Assembly (NCBI RefSeq): GCF_001194135.2
Contig: NC_068986.1
Span: forward strand, 15,517,349-15,581,348
Reading direction: 5' to 3'
DNA: 64,000 nt
Source of the DNA: Octopus bimaculoides
Taxonomy: Eukaryota
The notes beneath the pieces were generated by a model. That model was not told the DNA's origin and did not search any database. It was given only the letters and a program-made list of their open reading frames with translations. Position numbers and translations under genes: made by a program. Positions 13,904 through 26,511 of this stretch are shown in pieces. Within the stretch, counting starts at the first letter, position 1, and every line of letters starts with the position of its first letter.

Positions 13904-14265
13904 TCCTTTACACAGCTTCTAACGCTGGAGATGTACTACAATGTCAGCTGTTCACTTCCAGTGAACTAAGGTAATACTTCGTATTTTTCGAGCACCTTCC
14001 GGAGTATTCGAGCGGTTCCAAGCAGTGCTGTTTTCTGCAAGTGCTCCACCCCTATCGCAGCCCCTATTTGTTCCGCATACTTCCCGAAATTTTTACTCAC
14101 TGTTCCCTGGGCTCCCACAATTATTGGTACTACTGCTACCTTTTTCATCGACCACCACTGCATAACTTCCCAAGCTAACCTGTTATATCTCTCGACTTTT
14201 CTTTCTTCTTTATCGCATACCTTATTGTCAACTGGACATGCTGTATCTATGATCCAGCATAGTTT
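13904..14265 (-). mobile_element. R4/Dong-type LINE 3' fragment (restriction-like endonuclease end)
   Basis: CWIIDTACPVDNKVCDKE..VVPIIVGAQG..LQKTALLGTARILRKVLE, followed by a short 3' UTR and a (TAA)n tail at 13847-13903. Confidence 0.85.
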
Positions 14266-14295
14266 GTGTATGTATGTATGTATGTATGTATGTAT

Positions 14296-14354
<59 letters not shown>

Positions 14355-14789
14355 TTATCTATTATGAAAGGCCCACGGATAGTTCTTAATTACCGGTTAT
14401 TCTTTACTTGAAATCAGGTAACAACAAATCTCCAAAGGTTTCAATTAGTTCCTTCTCCTCATCAACTATTATCAGATACGAAACATTGATACCGCAGTTG
14501 AGAATATCCACCTGCCAAACTTTGTTCGCAATTTTCATAATTTTAACAACAACCAAGTCAAATCTATGGGACTGTGACCATCACGACTGAATTCAATAGT
14601 AGTACCGATCATTTATTATGCATATTTCTTCCTACTTTTGAATATAAAACCAGATTTCTTATATTGTTCTCAACATACAAATTTTCACTAAAATGAAACA
14701 GTATTCAAAAATACCACAAATCAACTGCTTTTTTCTCAGTATTTTAAAACATGTCTATCAAAGTTTCATGACACATTTCTAGTGGTCAT

Positions 14790-15100
14790 GATGGAGACAT
14801 GGATAATGATGATGATGTTGATGATGGTGATGATGACGATGATGATTATGCTGCTGCTGCTGCTGATGATGATGAAGATGATGATGAAGATGATGATTGT
14901 GGTGGTGGTGCTGATGGTGGTGATGATGGTGGTGATTATGATGATGGCGATGAAGATGATGATGATGGTGATGGTGGTGGTGGTGGTGGTGGAGGTAGTG
15001 GAGGTGGTGGTGATGGTGGTAGTGGAGCTGATGATGGCGGTGATGATGGTGTTGATGATGATGGTGATGATGATGATGATTATGGTGTTGACGATGATGA
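14790..15100. repeat. Compound (GAT/GGT/GCT)n microsatellite
   Basis: Seen directly; it explains the Asp/Gly and Met/Val ORFs. Confidence 0.9.
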
Positions 15101-15326
15101 CAACGGACTAAATGGCAAAGCGTTTTAGTGTAGTCGGTTTGTTGAAGTGGCCATTCTGGGGGCTCGATATCTCAATTAAAATTTACATATTGTATCGGGA
15201 CAACATTGAGAAATAAACCTTATTTAAAAATATGAGTCCTTGTCTGAATATAAAATTTTATCATCGCAAATATCAGTCGCGTTAATGATATTAACCTCCA
15301 CAACAATGATAAAGATGATGATGATG

Positions 15327-15395
<69 letters not shown>

Positions 15396-15397
<2 letters not shown>

Positions 15398-15650
15398 TCC
15401 TATCATAGTAGGTTCCTTATGTATAATAAAAAAATATTCAGACAGATACATAACAAAAACACCAGGACTTACAAATATATATATATAACATACAGAAAAT
15501 TGCACTACTGGGTACTGCACACATTCTACGCAAAACACTTTCAATACAGTAAACATAAGAGCACCACAGCAAACCACAGCACATACCCAAGGCGCACAGA
15601 GCTGAGCTCGGTAGTGAAGTGAAAGCACGTTATAAAAATAAAACTACTGA
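15396..15650 (+). mobile_element. Third R4/Dong-type LINE 3' fragment in a (TAA)n tract
   Basis: IPIIVGSL..NIQKIALLGTAHILRKTLSIQ* (stop at 15550-15552), a ~100 nt 3' UTR, (AAT)n tail from 15650 and (TAA)n upstream at 15327-15396. Confidence 0.85.
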
Positions 15651-16187
15651 ATAATAATAGTAATAATAATAATAATAACGACGACAGCGAATTTAATCTT
15701 ATCTTTAATTGTTGGTCGAAACTAAACTAGTAAAAGCTTTGCTCGTTAAAGCTCATTTGACAAGATCTCATACAAACGAATGAAAGATTTTCAAAATTGT
15801 CGACCTTTAATCCAGTCGATGAGATCAAAGAAGTGCCAACTCGCATTTAGTAGCCTAAGTTAGTGATCTGCATCGAATGAATCATTAGCACTTGAGCTTA
15901 ATAACAGCCAAATGATCAACTTCAGCTAGTTGCGGTCGCCTTTTCCTAGCTATCTTTATATAATTACTGAAAAGGATAGATTTTCGATTTCACTACACGT
16001 ATTCTGTTAACGTAATTACGTATAAAAGGACGTCTATGAAACAGCAATTACCATTATCTGTTTCTTTTAAAGATTTCACTCCGCGCATAATCGCAAAGAA
16101 ACTAACCTATGCACTTTTAAACTATGAACTAATGTGGGATTTTATAGCCACCGCTCCGACTGTGCTATTCACACACACATGCGCGCG

Positions 16188-16232
<45 letters not shown>

Positions 16233-16695
16233 TTATGCATGTATGTATGTATGTATACACAGACCATAGTCTTGTAAATAAAGTGTAACAGAAATATCTA
16301 TATAAATGAGTATTAAACGGAACGTGTAGTTTCAGGGATCAAAACACGATTTAACGCTGTTTGAATTAAATGAAGCGATGAATTAATGCCTTTTTCATTC
16401 CTCTAAATGGGATGACTTAGCGTAACATAGTTGATAACGAATCTTACTTGCATCCCTTTGAGTATTGAGATAAAATCTATAGCATAGCTTTTGATAGATT
16501 TCGTACTAGCTTTGAGCAGACATGGTTATATTATTAACGGCAAATATTTAATGTATATGATAACCAGCGTCAGGACGGTACAAATTCAAAATCAAAAGAA
16601 AACCAGCAGCAAATGAATGGGGATGTTATGTTGTTACAATGTGTAATGTGGAATACTTCCATATGTCTAGGGTAAAAATTATTCACAGCATAAAC

Positions 16696-16910
16696 GCTAG
16701 CGTGGCTGCGTGGTAAGAACATTGCTTCCCAGCTTCATGGTTCCGGGTTCAACCCCACTGCGTGGCTACTGGGACGGGTGCCTTCTAATGTAGCCTCGGG
16801 CCGACCAACGCCTTGTGAGTGTATTTGGTGGACGGAAACGAGAAAAAGCCCGTCGTTTATAAGCATGTGTGTGCGCTTGCGTCTCCCTCCAGCCATCGCT
16901 TCACAACCGA
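16696..16910 (+). mobile_element. SINE family A
   Basis: GCGTGGCTGCGTGGTAAG, GGGTTCAACCCC, GGGCCGACCAACGCCTTGTGAGTG. Confidence 0.85.
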
Positions 16911-17442
16911 TGCCCGAAATTTTTGAGGAGGTGTGGAAGTCAGTTAGATCGACCCCAGTACGCAAATGGTACTTAATTTATCGACCCCAAAAGAATGAAA
17001 GGCAGTGTCGAGCTCGGCGGAATTTGATCTCAGAATATAAAGTGAGACGAAATACCGGTAAGGATTTCGCGCGACGTGCTAACGTTTCTTATTTCCTTAT
17101 TGTCCACAAGGGATTAAACATAGAGGGGACAAACAAGGACAGAGAAAGTCATTAAGTCGATTACATCGACCCCAGTGCGTACCTGGTACTTAATTTATCG
17201 AACTCGAAAGGATGAAAGGCAAAGTCGACCTCGGCGGAATTTGAACTCAGAACGTAACGGCAAACGAAATACCTATTTCTTTACTGCCCACAAGAGGCTA
17301 CACACAGAGGGGACAAACACAGACAGACAAACGGATTAAGTCGATTATATCGACCCCAGTGCGTAACTGGTACTTAATTTATCGACCCCGAAAGGATGAA
17401 AGATAAAGTCGACCTCGGCGGAATTTAAACTCAGAACGTAAC
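16911..17442 (-). mobile_element. SINE family B multimer (at least 3 units, runs into a gap)
   Basis: Three reverse-oriented copies of the same body, separated by the same linker (..CCACAAGGG..AAACA(C/T)AGAGGGGACAAAC..GATTAAGTCGATTA..). Confidence 0.9.
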
Positions 17443-17958
17443 NNNNNNNNNNNNNNNNNNNNNNNNNNNNNNNNNNNNNNNNNNNNNNNNNNNNNNNNNN
17501 NNNNNNNNNNNNNNNNNNNNNNNNNNNNNNNNNNNNNNNNNNNNNNNNNNNNNNNNNNNNNNNNNNNNNNNNNNNNNNNNNNNNNNNNNNNNNNNNNNNN
17601 NNNNNNNNNNNNNNNNNNNNNNNNNNNNNNNNNNNNNNNNNNNNNNNNNNNNNNNNNNNNNNNNNNNNNNNNNNNNNNNNNNNNNNNNNNNNNNNNNNNN
17701 NNNNNNNNNNNNNNNNNNNNNNNNNNNNNNNNNNNNNNNNNNNNNNNNNNNNNNNNNNNNNNNNNNNNNNNNNNNNNNNNNNNNNNNNNNNNNNNNNNNN
17801 NNNNNNNNNNNNNNNNNNNNNNNNNNNNNNNNNNNNNNNNNNNNNNNNNNNNNNNNNNNNNNNNNNNNNNNNNNNNNNNNNNNNNNNNNNNNNNNNNNNN
17901 NNNNNNNNNNNNNNNNNNNNNNNNNNNNNNNNNNNNNNNNNNNNNNNNNNNNNNNNNN

Positions 17959-17990
<32 letters not shown>

Positions 17991-18068
17991 CACACAAAAC
18001 ACGTTTTTGTATTCATTTTTATTCACACACTCACACATACACACACACACACACACACGCACACACAC

Positions 18069-18107
<39 letters not shown>

Positions 18108-18242
18108 ACAAAATAGGGAGACAAGTCCAGGTAGATATCAATTCACTCTGAAATTTGGTTTTGACCGCACGTAGTATAAATGCCAGTTAAAATACTTAAG
18201 GCAGTAGGTCCCGAGAGAATGTAATAAGGTAGACAATGTAAA

Positions 18243-18577
18243 CAGATATACTAATCCTTTATTTATTTATCCATATATATATATAAATAATTATCCGACT
18301 TATGTTTCTGCTTAATTACTAAGAGGTGCTTCTATTTTAATTAGTAATTGAATAAATAAATAATTAATAATTGAATAATTGTCAATACAATGCATATAGT
18401 AAAAACAGGTTCTTCAGGGATTCCAACGCAATTCTTAGTTACACCATTATTTAATTATTAATTATTTATTTATTTAACCACTAATTAAATTATATTTACT
18501 CTTAGTAATTAAGCAGAAACATATGTCCGATAATTATTTATTTATATGGATAACTAAATAAAGGATTATTATATCTG
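18243..18577. repeat. ~335-bp AT-rich fold-back element
   Basis: Arms 18243-18325 and 18499-18577 are near-perfect reverse complements (..TATGTTTCTGCTTAATTACTAAGAG / CTCTTAGTAATTAAGCAGAAACATA..), with weaker inner pairing. Confidence 0.9.
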
Positions 18578-18584
18578 CCTTCAT

Positions 18585-18618
<34 letters not shown>

Positions 18619-19539
18619 AACGTATACACCAATAAGTGGGGAACGTTATATGTATCTGTGTATCCGTGTGGATCTTCATGTGATAAGTTCACGTATGCAG
18701 GTATGTTTAAGTTTATAGTTGTTAGGTGATACTCATTAAATTTTTAAGCTTTCTACAATCAATAAAGTGTCACGACGATACCTTTAATACTGAAACTAGA
18801 TATGGCTGTATTTAATGCCTATTGAATGCATTTAATACATTTTTCTAATCATTTAATATCAGAACTATTATGAAAAAATACCTTCGGTTTTGAAATATGC
18901 CTTTTTGATATTTCAAGTCATTATATTTTTATTTACATGTCTAATGTTCACAAATAGAAAAAACTGGTTCATGTAGTTGTCATTTAACTAATACTGATAT
19001 CGCCTTTAATTGACTAATATTTGAAAAAAAAAACAAAACGGTTTTCTTTTAATTAACGACTTTTAATGATAGTTTCAATCGACTTGTACATACTATTAAT
19101 TAATTTTAGATTCACTAAATTTATGTAACAAAATAAATAGAATGAAATTTGCTTTGAAAGGGAAATGATTATCGTTCAAGCTGACAACATTTTAATGACC
19201 AAACGGTAGAAGACGTAAAAAGCAAGTTTCGATTTACAAATGTTTGTTTGAATCGCTTTTATAATCGATTAATGTTTAATCATTTCTACTATTATTTAAA
19301 AAAAAATATTAGAATTGTTTTTGAAAATATTGTCAATTAACATGTACATTATATAAATAAAATTTCGAGTAAACAAATTAATTTTCTGAAGTTTAGACCG
19401 TGATGTTCACTAACAATGAATTTCTATAGCGTTCCCCTTTATATTATTATATAATAGCATAATGTCCAATATTTTGCGTTGTATATTTTTCAATAGTATA
19501 CCCCGTGCGATTTGTACTCTAATATGATGCAACAATTAT

Positions 19540-19755
19540 GAAGCGAGCTGGCAGAATCTTTAGCAAGCCGGACTAAAATGAGTAGTGGCATTTCGTCCGT
19601 CATTAGGGTCTGAGTTCAAATTCCGCCGAGGTCGACTTTGCCAGTCATCCTTTCGGGGTCGATACGATAAGTGCCAGTTAAGCGCTCGGGTCGATGTAAT
19701 CGATTTACTGCCGCTACTGCAGTTGCTGGCTCTGTGCCAAATTTGAAATAAATAT
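19540..19755 (+). mobile_element. SINE family B monomer
   Basis: GCGAGCTGGCAGAATC head, GAGTTCAAATTCCGCCGAGGTCGACTTTGCC body. Confidence 0.85.
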
Positions 19756-19834
19756 TATGCAACACTTTTGACGATTACACTTTAATTAATTAACAGTAAT
19801 TTTTAGATAATTTTGAAAGAGCTTGTTTTGGTAG

Positions 19835-20030
19835 TTTTTCTACTGCACGGAAGATCGCTGTTTCGATTCCGGAAACGGACGTTGCGTTGTGTTCTTGAGA
19901 AAATCATTTCATTTAGCGTTGCCTTGCACCAGTTCACTCATCTGTAAAATGAATTAAGTTGAGACGGACTGATGTCCCGTTCAGTGGAGGTATTGCCATC
20001 TCTGTCACCTATATCTCATAGAAACCGGGC
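19835..20030 (+). mobile_element. Older SINE family C / CORE-type copy
   Basis: GTTTCGATTCC box, GTTGTGTTCTTGAGAAAA and the CORE/MIR-like CATCTGTAAAATG. Confidence 0.65.
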
Positions 20031-20963
20031 AATCGATCAGTTAATAAAACCAGTTTACATAGTTTTTTTGCGTTCTCTTTTTTATAATTGTCGTTTTACT
20101 CGCAACTACACTATTTCTGTTTTAAAACCCTTAAAATTTATTTTTTTAGTGGTTTTGGCGGGCTGGAACAGATTAATTATATTTTAGTTAATTTCAATGG
20201 GGAAAATTGATTTGTAAAACGAATAAATTGTAGGACGAGTTCTGTCATGGAACGAATTAAACTCGTTTTACGAGCTGTCACTCAATCTCCTTTGTCGTCC
20301 ACATCAAATAATTCTGGTTAGAATGAAGTGTTAAAAACAATGTGTTAAATTCGAAGAACTCATTTTGTGCAATTGTAGAACGTCTGTCATGTTTAAATGT
20401 GATGGAGGTCTGTATCCCATGGGCAATCTACGACTCTTTCTATCCAAAAAGTCTCTTTTTTTTAACCCTTTATTTGCATGCTGTTATATATAGCTTTGTC
20501 TGCTTCAAGAGCCAACGTTCTAAAAAAAGAACTATGTTCTGTTAAACTTACTAAATTCTTATGACGTCAATATATATACATGCACACATACATACAAACA
20601 TATATATGTATGTTTGTATGTCTGTGTGTGTGTGCATGTATACACGCACACGCACACAGGCACAGACACAGACACACATACATATGAATTGTTTACAGCC
20701 ATATTTCCTTGTAGTAAGTGCGGTATTCTGCTTCTGTATACGTATGCGCCTGAATTATTCCCTTATTTTAATGCTCTTTCGTAAATCTTTTCATGTTAAG
20801 CGGTGCTGAATGAAAGCAACAATAAAAAAACTTAAAATGATTTGTTGAGAACATTACTTTCTAATACAATTCGGTTTAAAAGATTTTATAAATACAAGTA
20901 TTAGCGTACGCTTCTACAAAGATATATATAAATACAGGTGTCTGTGTATGTGCNNNNNNNNNN

Positions 20964-20998
<35 letters not shown>

Positions 20999-21874
20999 GA
21001 TTTATAACTAGATATATAAAGAAAGCATAAGTACATACATGCAATACATTCATACATACATATATACATAGATTCATAGATACATAGATACATACACTCA
21101 TATAGGCAGGCTTATAATGGGTCCTGTATGTACATATATTCTCTATATGTGCATATACATTATAGAAGTACTTATCAATGTATATATCTGTACGTTTAGG
21201 TGTTTGCGTCTTTTTGTGCTTTGGCTGTAAGAGCATGCGTAGACACCTATTACCAAACCGAAGGAAAGAAAGCAATACTAAGCAGGCATTTTCACTAAGC
21301 AATTGCAGTAAGTTTTCGTTTTACTTCTCTTCACATCACATATTTGAATAGCTTCAAAGGCATAAACATAGCACAGAAATCTAAACCCACAGAATCTATA
21401 AGACTGTAAAGCAACAACGGAAACATAAAATGGATGTTAAAGGCAATAACATAGTATTCGGTTAGTTTCGATGTATAGCGGCTCTTGTACTGATACTTAG
21501 TTACATTTTTCAAGCATATTTTGTCGCTATTTATACATTTGTTGTTTATAGCATGATGGTCTCTATTTATTATATCATTCAGTTCTTTTTATCTCAGTCA
21601 ACCATTTTGTTTGTCTCACTCTTCTAGTTTCTTTAGATATATTTTAGGCTGTAAAACCCATTTGTATCACATTTATATTTTACCCGTCCTATCTCTGTAT
21701 ATTTTTTATCTACCCGCATAAACGACTCACTGTATTACGTTTGATATATCATGTCGCGCCTGTTGTATCTTGGACAGCCAATTTGATTTCGCACGCTGAA
21801 TAATGTTTTTATGTAATGTAGACATGTTAATATACATGATGACTTAGAAAATATTACAACCAAATACATACATA

Positions 21875-22035
21875 CAGGCGTGGCTGAGTGGTACAAAGCT
21901 GGCCTCCGAAAGCAAATGATTCCGGGTTCAGTCCTACTCCATGGCACCTTGGCCAAGCGTTTGCTACTGTATTCACGTGCCGACCAACCAAAGGCTTGTG
22001 AGTGTGGACTTGGCAAATTGAAACAAGCCCATCGC
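21875..22035 (+). mobile_element. SINE family A (5' half)
   Basis: GGCGTGGCTGAGTGGTA, GGGTTCAGTCC, GGCACCTTGGCCAAG. Confidence 0.8.
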
Positions 22036-22111
<76 letters not shown>

Positions 22112-22307
22112 ATAGATAGATAGATAAATATAGATATATACATATATGTGTTTGTACTACTATTTGTAACACTCTATCTAGGTATGCATATGTACGCAAG
22201 TTTAATTATTTCACCAAATTCTAGATGTGTTTTCATGCTTTTTTTTTTAATGACTAGGATTCTATACTTTAACACATGTATGTCTTAATGTTGTTCAAAA
22301 AGTTATG

Positions 22308-22630
22308 GGGAGAGCTGCGAAAATCATTTTGACACAGGACAAACTGCTTAGCGGTATTCACTTTCTGAGGTCAACTTTGACTTTTGTCAGTTCGGCGTCG
22401 ATACAAACAGTACTAGTTGTATACTTGGGTCGATGTAATTGACTTGATCCCATCTTGGAATTACTGACCTTATGCCAGAATTTGAGATTAATATTCCTCA
22501 TGTGATATATTTTCCTCTTATCAACTTGGGGTCGATAAAATAAGTATCAATTGAATAGTAGTGAGGTTAAAATCCACATGCCCTCTCCTCAATTTTGCTA
22601 GCTTTGTGTTAAAATTCGAAATCAATATTG
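22308..22630 (+). mobile_element. Two degenerate SINE family B copies directly upstream of the multimer
   Basis: GAGGTCAACTTTGAC, GGGTCGATGTAATTGAC and GGGGTCGATAAAATAAGTA motifs. Confidence 0.65.
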
Positions 22631-22703
22631 CTTTTGAGTTTGATATTATGCATTTCCTTTAAAGATTTTAGACTTTTAGGGAATAAACAGAATATGGAAT
22701 AAA

Positions 22704-23362
22704 TACGGTGGCTAGCTAGCAGAAACTTTAGCACGCCGGGAGATAATGATTAGCGGTATTTCGTCTTCCGTTTCGTTCTGACTTCAAATTCCACCGAGGT
22801 CAACTTTGCCTTTCATCCTTTCGGGGGTCGATAAATTAAGTACCAGTTACGCACTGGGGTCGATGTAATCGACTTAATCCCTTTGTCTGTCCTTGTTTGT
22901 CCTCTCTATGTTTAGCCCCTTGTGGACTGTAAAGAAATAAGAAACGTTAGCACGCTGGGCGAAAGGCTTACTGGGATTTCGTCTGTCTTTATGTTCTGAG
23001 TTCAAATTCGGCTGATGTCGACTTTGCCTTTCATCCTTTCGGGGTCGATAAATTAAGTACTATTTCTATACTAAGGTCGATCTAATCGGCTGTCCCTATC
23101 TCCAAAAATTTCGGACCGTGTACCTAGAGTACAAAGTATTATTTTAAGTCGGCAAGCTGGGAGAAACGTTTGCATGCAGGGCGAAATTCTTAACGGTATT
23201 TCGTCTGTCTTACGTTCTGAGTTCAAATTCCACCGAAGTCGAAATTGCCTTTCATCCTTCGGGATAGATAAATTAAGTACCAATTGCGCACTGGGCTTGA
23301 TCTAATCGCCTGTGCCCCTCCCCAAGAACTTTGGGCCTTGTGCTTAGAGTAGAAAAGAATAT
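22704..23362 (+). mobile_element. tRNA-derived SINE family B: dimer plus monomer, head to tail
   Basis: Three units with B-box (G/C)(A/T)GTTCAAATTC and body GTCGACTTTGCCTTTCATCCTTTCGGGGTCGATAAATTAAGTACC. Units 1 and 2 are joined by a ~70-nt linker (22870-22940). AGAATATGGA occurs near both ends. Confidence 0.9.
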
Positions 23363-23724
23363 GGAGACAATGTAATATTTTATCAAACAATTGAAATACT
23401 CCACTTACACTGAATCTTTATAAATAGCTTCTTTGATAAATATATGCAATCGACTTGATACTTTTATTGTTATGTTACTCCATTAAGTATTCAAATTATA
23501 TAGAAAATTGTTACTGAATTTGAGCATTTAGGGAAAAATCCTTTTGTATTGTTTAATGCAATCGGAATAAATTTTATTCGGAACAATTTGAAAATAAAAA
23601 AGATAATAGAATTTAATCATCTTTAATTGGTTGTTTCATCGCCACAATGAATTTAAAATTCATATAACATTTGAGGATAAAGTTAGCTGGAAATGATTAT
23701 AAATGCGAACACATCTGGATGATT

Positions 23725-23850
23725 AAAAACTTAGGTTTGCAACCCTGTGGTTTTTTAGTTCGGGTCCAGTGTCTGGCACCTTTAGCAAGTGGCTTCTATT
23801 ATAGACCTCGGCCGACCAATAGCTTTTCATGATGGAAATTGTGTGGAAGT
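23725..23850 (+). mobile_element. Degenerate SINE family A
   Basis: GGCACCTTTAGCAAGTGGCTTCTATTATAGACCTCGGCCGACCAA. Confidence 0.6.
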
Positions 23851-23934
23851 GTTTGCTACACACACACATATGTGTGTGCGTGTGTGTGTGTGTGTGAGTC
23901 TAACGTAACTTCTAACTGAATTATATATATAGTA

Positions 23935-24142
23935 TTAATTAATAGTAGGAGATGGATTTCGTATTAGACTTCTATCAGGTACAACATATGATCTGAATCA
24001 TCAGTCTGGGTCACTTCAGGTACATTGGTAAAAAAATCTCACTAGAGATTTGTAGTGTTGGTTGGCTTGTTATATGACCTCCAAGTTGGGGAATATACCT
24101 AATAAAAATTTAATAAGAAATCCATTCCTACTATAAATTAAT
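23935..24142. repeat. Degenerate fold-back element
   Basis: TAATTAATAGTAGGAGATGGATTTC versus the reverse complement of GAAATCCATTCCTACTATAAATTA. Confidence 0.6.
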
Positions 24143-24342
24143 ATTATTATCCTAACTGCCACTGCGGAGTTCCTGCAGTAGATGCAACGGAAGTGTATCA
24201 CAACTACGGATGAAAATAGGCAACCTAAACCGTGCTGGTGCTCTATTCAACATTTAAACACACCATTCGATTTATACTTATTTGTGCAAATCATTTACTA
24301 TATACATACATACATACATACACACACAGACACACAGACACA

Positions 24343-24409
<67 letters not shown>

Positions 24410-25170
24410 GCGCATATGCGCGCATACGCTCATCACGTAGAAATGCGTGCCTTTATCATTGGCTCAATGATATATACTGACGTATCTATGAATCTACATT
24501 TCTATATTACAGTTCCTCTTTATTTCTTAGTTCGTATTTCTATCATACAGAAGCAGTATTCTAACTTCCAAAATATTCTCCAGAATATGCTCAACTCTCT
24601 GACATAATACACAATTTTGTATAAGTAGAGATAAGCTGCTCTAATTTCCGTCATTTGTATTTCATTAGATCACTAAATAAACTTATGATCTTTACCATTA
24701 TACAAGCGAAGGAGAATATCTGAAGTTTCATTCGTCAATGTAGACAAAATTTCGGCAGAAGGGACTTAGTAAAAAACTGAGAAATAAAGTTACGTTTATC
24801 TAAATACTGTCAGGTTTTATCAGTTTTCTTTTTCTTTGCAGTGTCTACACAAGATGGTAACAAGATAAAACAGGCTTAGTGAAGATATATTACTAAATAA
24901 TTTGATATAAAAACTTTACCTATCAAATTACAAACTGCGGCTTGCTGGCGACGATCGCAGTGTGAAATTAACGAGAGTATACTTCAAAGTAGGCGCTTAT
25001 ACTAAAGGAGTTAACGCAATTTGTAGTCATAAAGATTGATAATTATACATGCAAACAATTCAATGAAGGGACATAAGGGAATTATAAAAAAAACAAAACA
25101 AAGATGAGCATAGCCCCAATAGTAAATATGTATATATACATGTGTGTGTATGTATATGTACATGTGTGTG

Positions 25171-25208
<38 letters not shown>

Positions 25209-26511
25209 TGAAAGGGTAAAGGTTTATCAATTTATTAATTTATTAATAAATTAACAATTAATAATTTTTACCAAGCCCTTCGGTATGTAAACACCATTAT
25301 CGGTGGAGAACTTACTTAAAAGTTCTTATACATTTATAAACATAATTAAGGGATCAGCAAACAGTTGCTTCACCACATACCGAAGCTCAGAAATAGCAGC
25401 TAAAAAGCTGTCTCCAACAGATAGCATTACTTGTAACTCACAAAGGTAAAACAAGAAGAGAAAACAATGAAAACTAACCAGTCGAAGTTAATCATAGACG
25501 CGTTTCTAGNNNNNNNNNNNNNNNNNNNNNNNNNNNNNNNNNNNNNNNNNNNNNNNNNNNNNNNNNNNNNNNNNNNNNNNNNNNNNNNNNNNNNNNNNNN
25601 NNNNNNNNNNNNNNNNNNNNNNNNNNNNNNNNNNNNNNNNNNNNNNNNNNNNNNNNNNNNNNNNNNNNNNNNNNNNNNNNNNNNNNNNNNNNNNNNNNNN
25701 NNNNNNNNNNNNNNNNNNNNNNNNNNNNNNNNNNNNNNNNNNNNNNNNNNNNNNNNNNNNNNNNNNNNNNNNNNNNNNNNNNNNNNNNNNNNNNNNNNNN
25801 NNNNNNNNNNNNNNNNNNNNNNNNNNNNNNNNNNNNTTGTTTGTGTGTGTATGTGTGTGTGTGTGTGTGCGTGTGTGCGTGCGTGCGTGCGTGTGTGTGT
25901 GTTTAGGTGTATATGTAGGTGTGTATTTATATGCGCATGTATATGCAGTCACAAATATATATCTATTCATTCATACATTTATGCAACTATTCTATAAGTG
26001 CATGCTGGCGTGTATGCATATTTATGTGTGTGTTTCCGCGCATGTATCTGATGCCATACCGGTTTCTTGTGTGCCGAACTTTGTGCCGTGCGTGTGGCCA
26101 ATAAAGAAAATCTAACTAGCAATTCTCTGCAAATTAAAAAATGTAGATAATCGACAAGAAACTTATCTTCTTACAAACAGGCCAAGTTTATATCGGAAAA
26201 TATTTCGAATTCAAATATGCGGTTTTTTTTCCGTTCAGCGTCGACAGGTTTATTATCAAAGCTAAATTGAGTTTCAATAGCATATTCGCCGTTCTAATGA
26301 AATGCATAAAATTGATCTTATTTATTAAAATATTAGCAAATAACACAGTAAACTACATATATATCAGGGAATGGGAAATAACTATCTTCAGCAGTTTTAC
26401 TATAGTCATTTGTTTGCCTGAGCTCAGGTCATTCTTGCGTAAGAAGACCAACTGCAATAGAGAGGTTTTTGTAAAGATTCTATAAAATTTTGGAGATGTA
26501 TTCGTCTAGCA

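Noticed and set aside
14782-15128. Asp/Gly-rich 109-aa ORF resembling an acidic biomineral protein
   Set aside because: Lies entirely within a GAT/GGT microsatellite, with no signal peptide or splice support.
25265-25310. Hammerhead-like motif on minus (CCGAUAA-GGU/ACC-GAAG)
   Set aside because: At least three core deviations and no stem I; at most a decayed relic.
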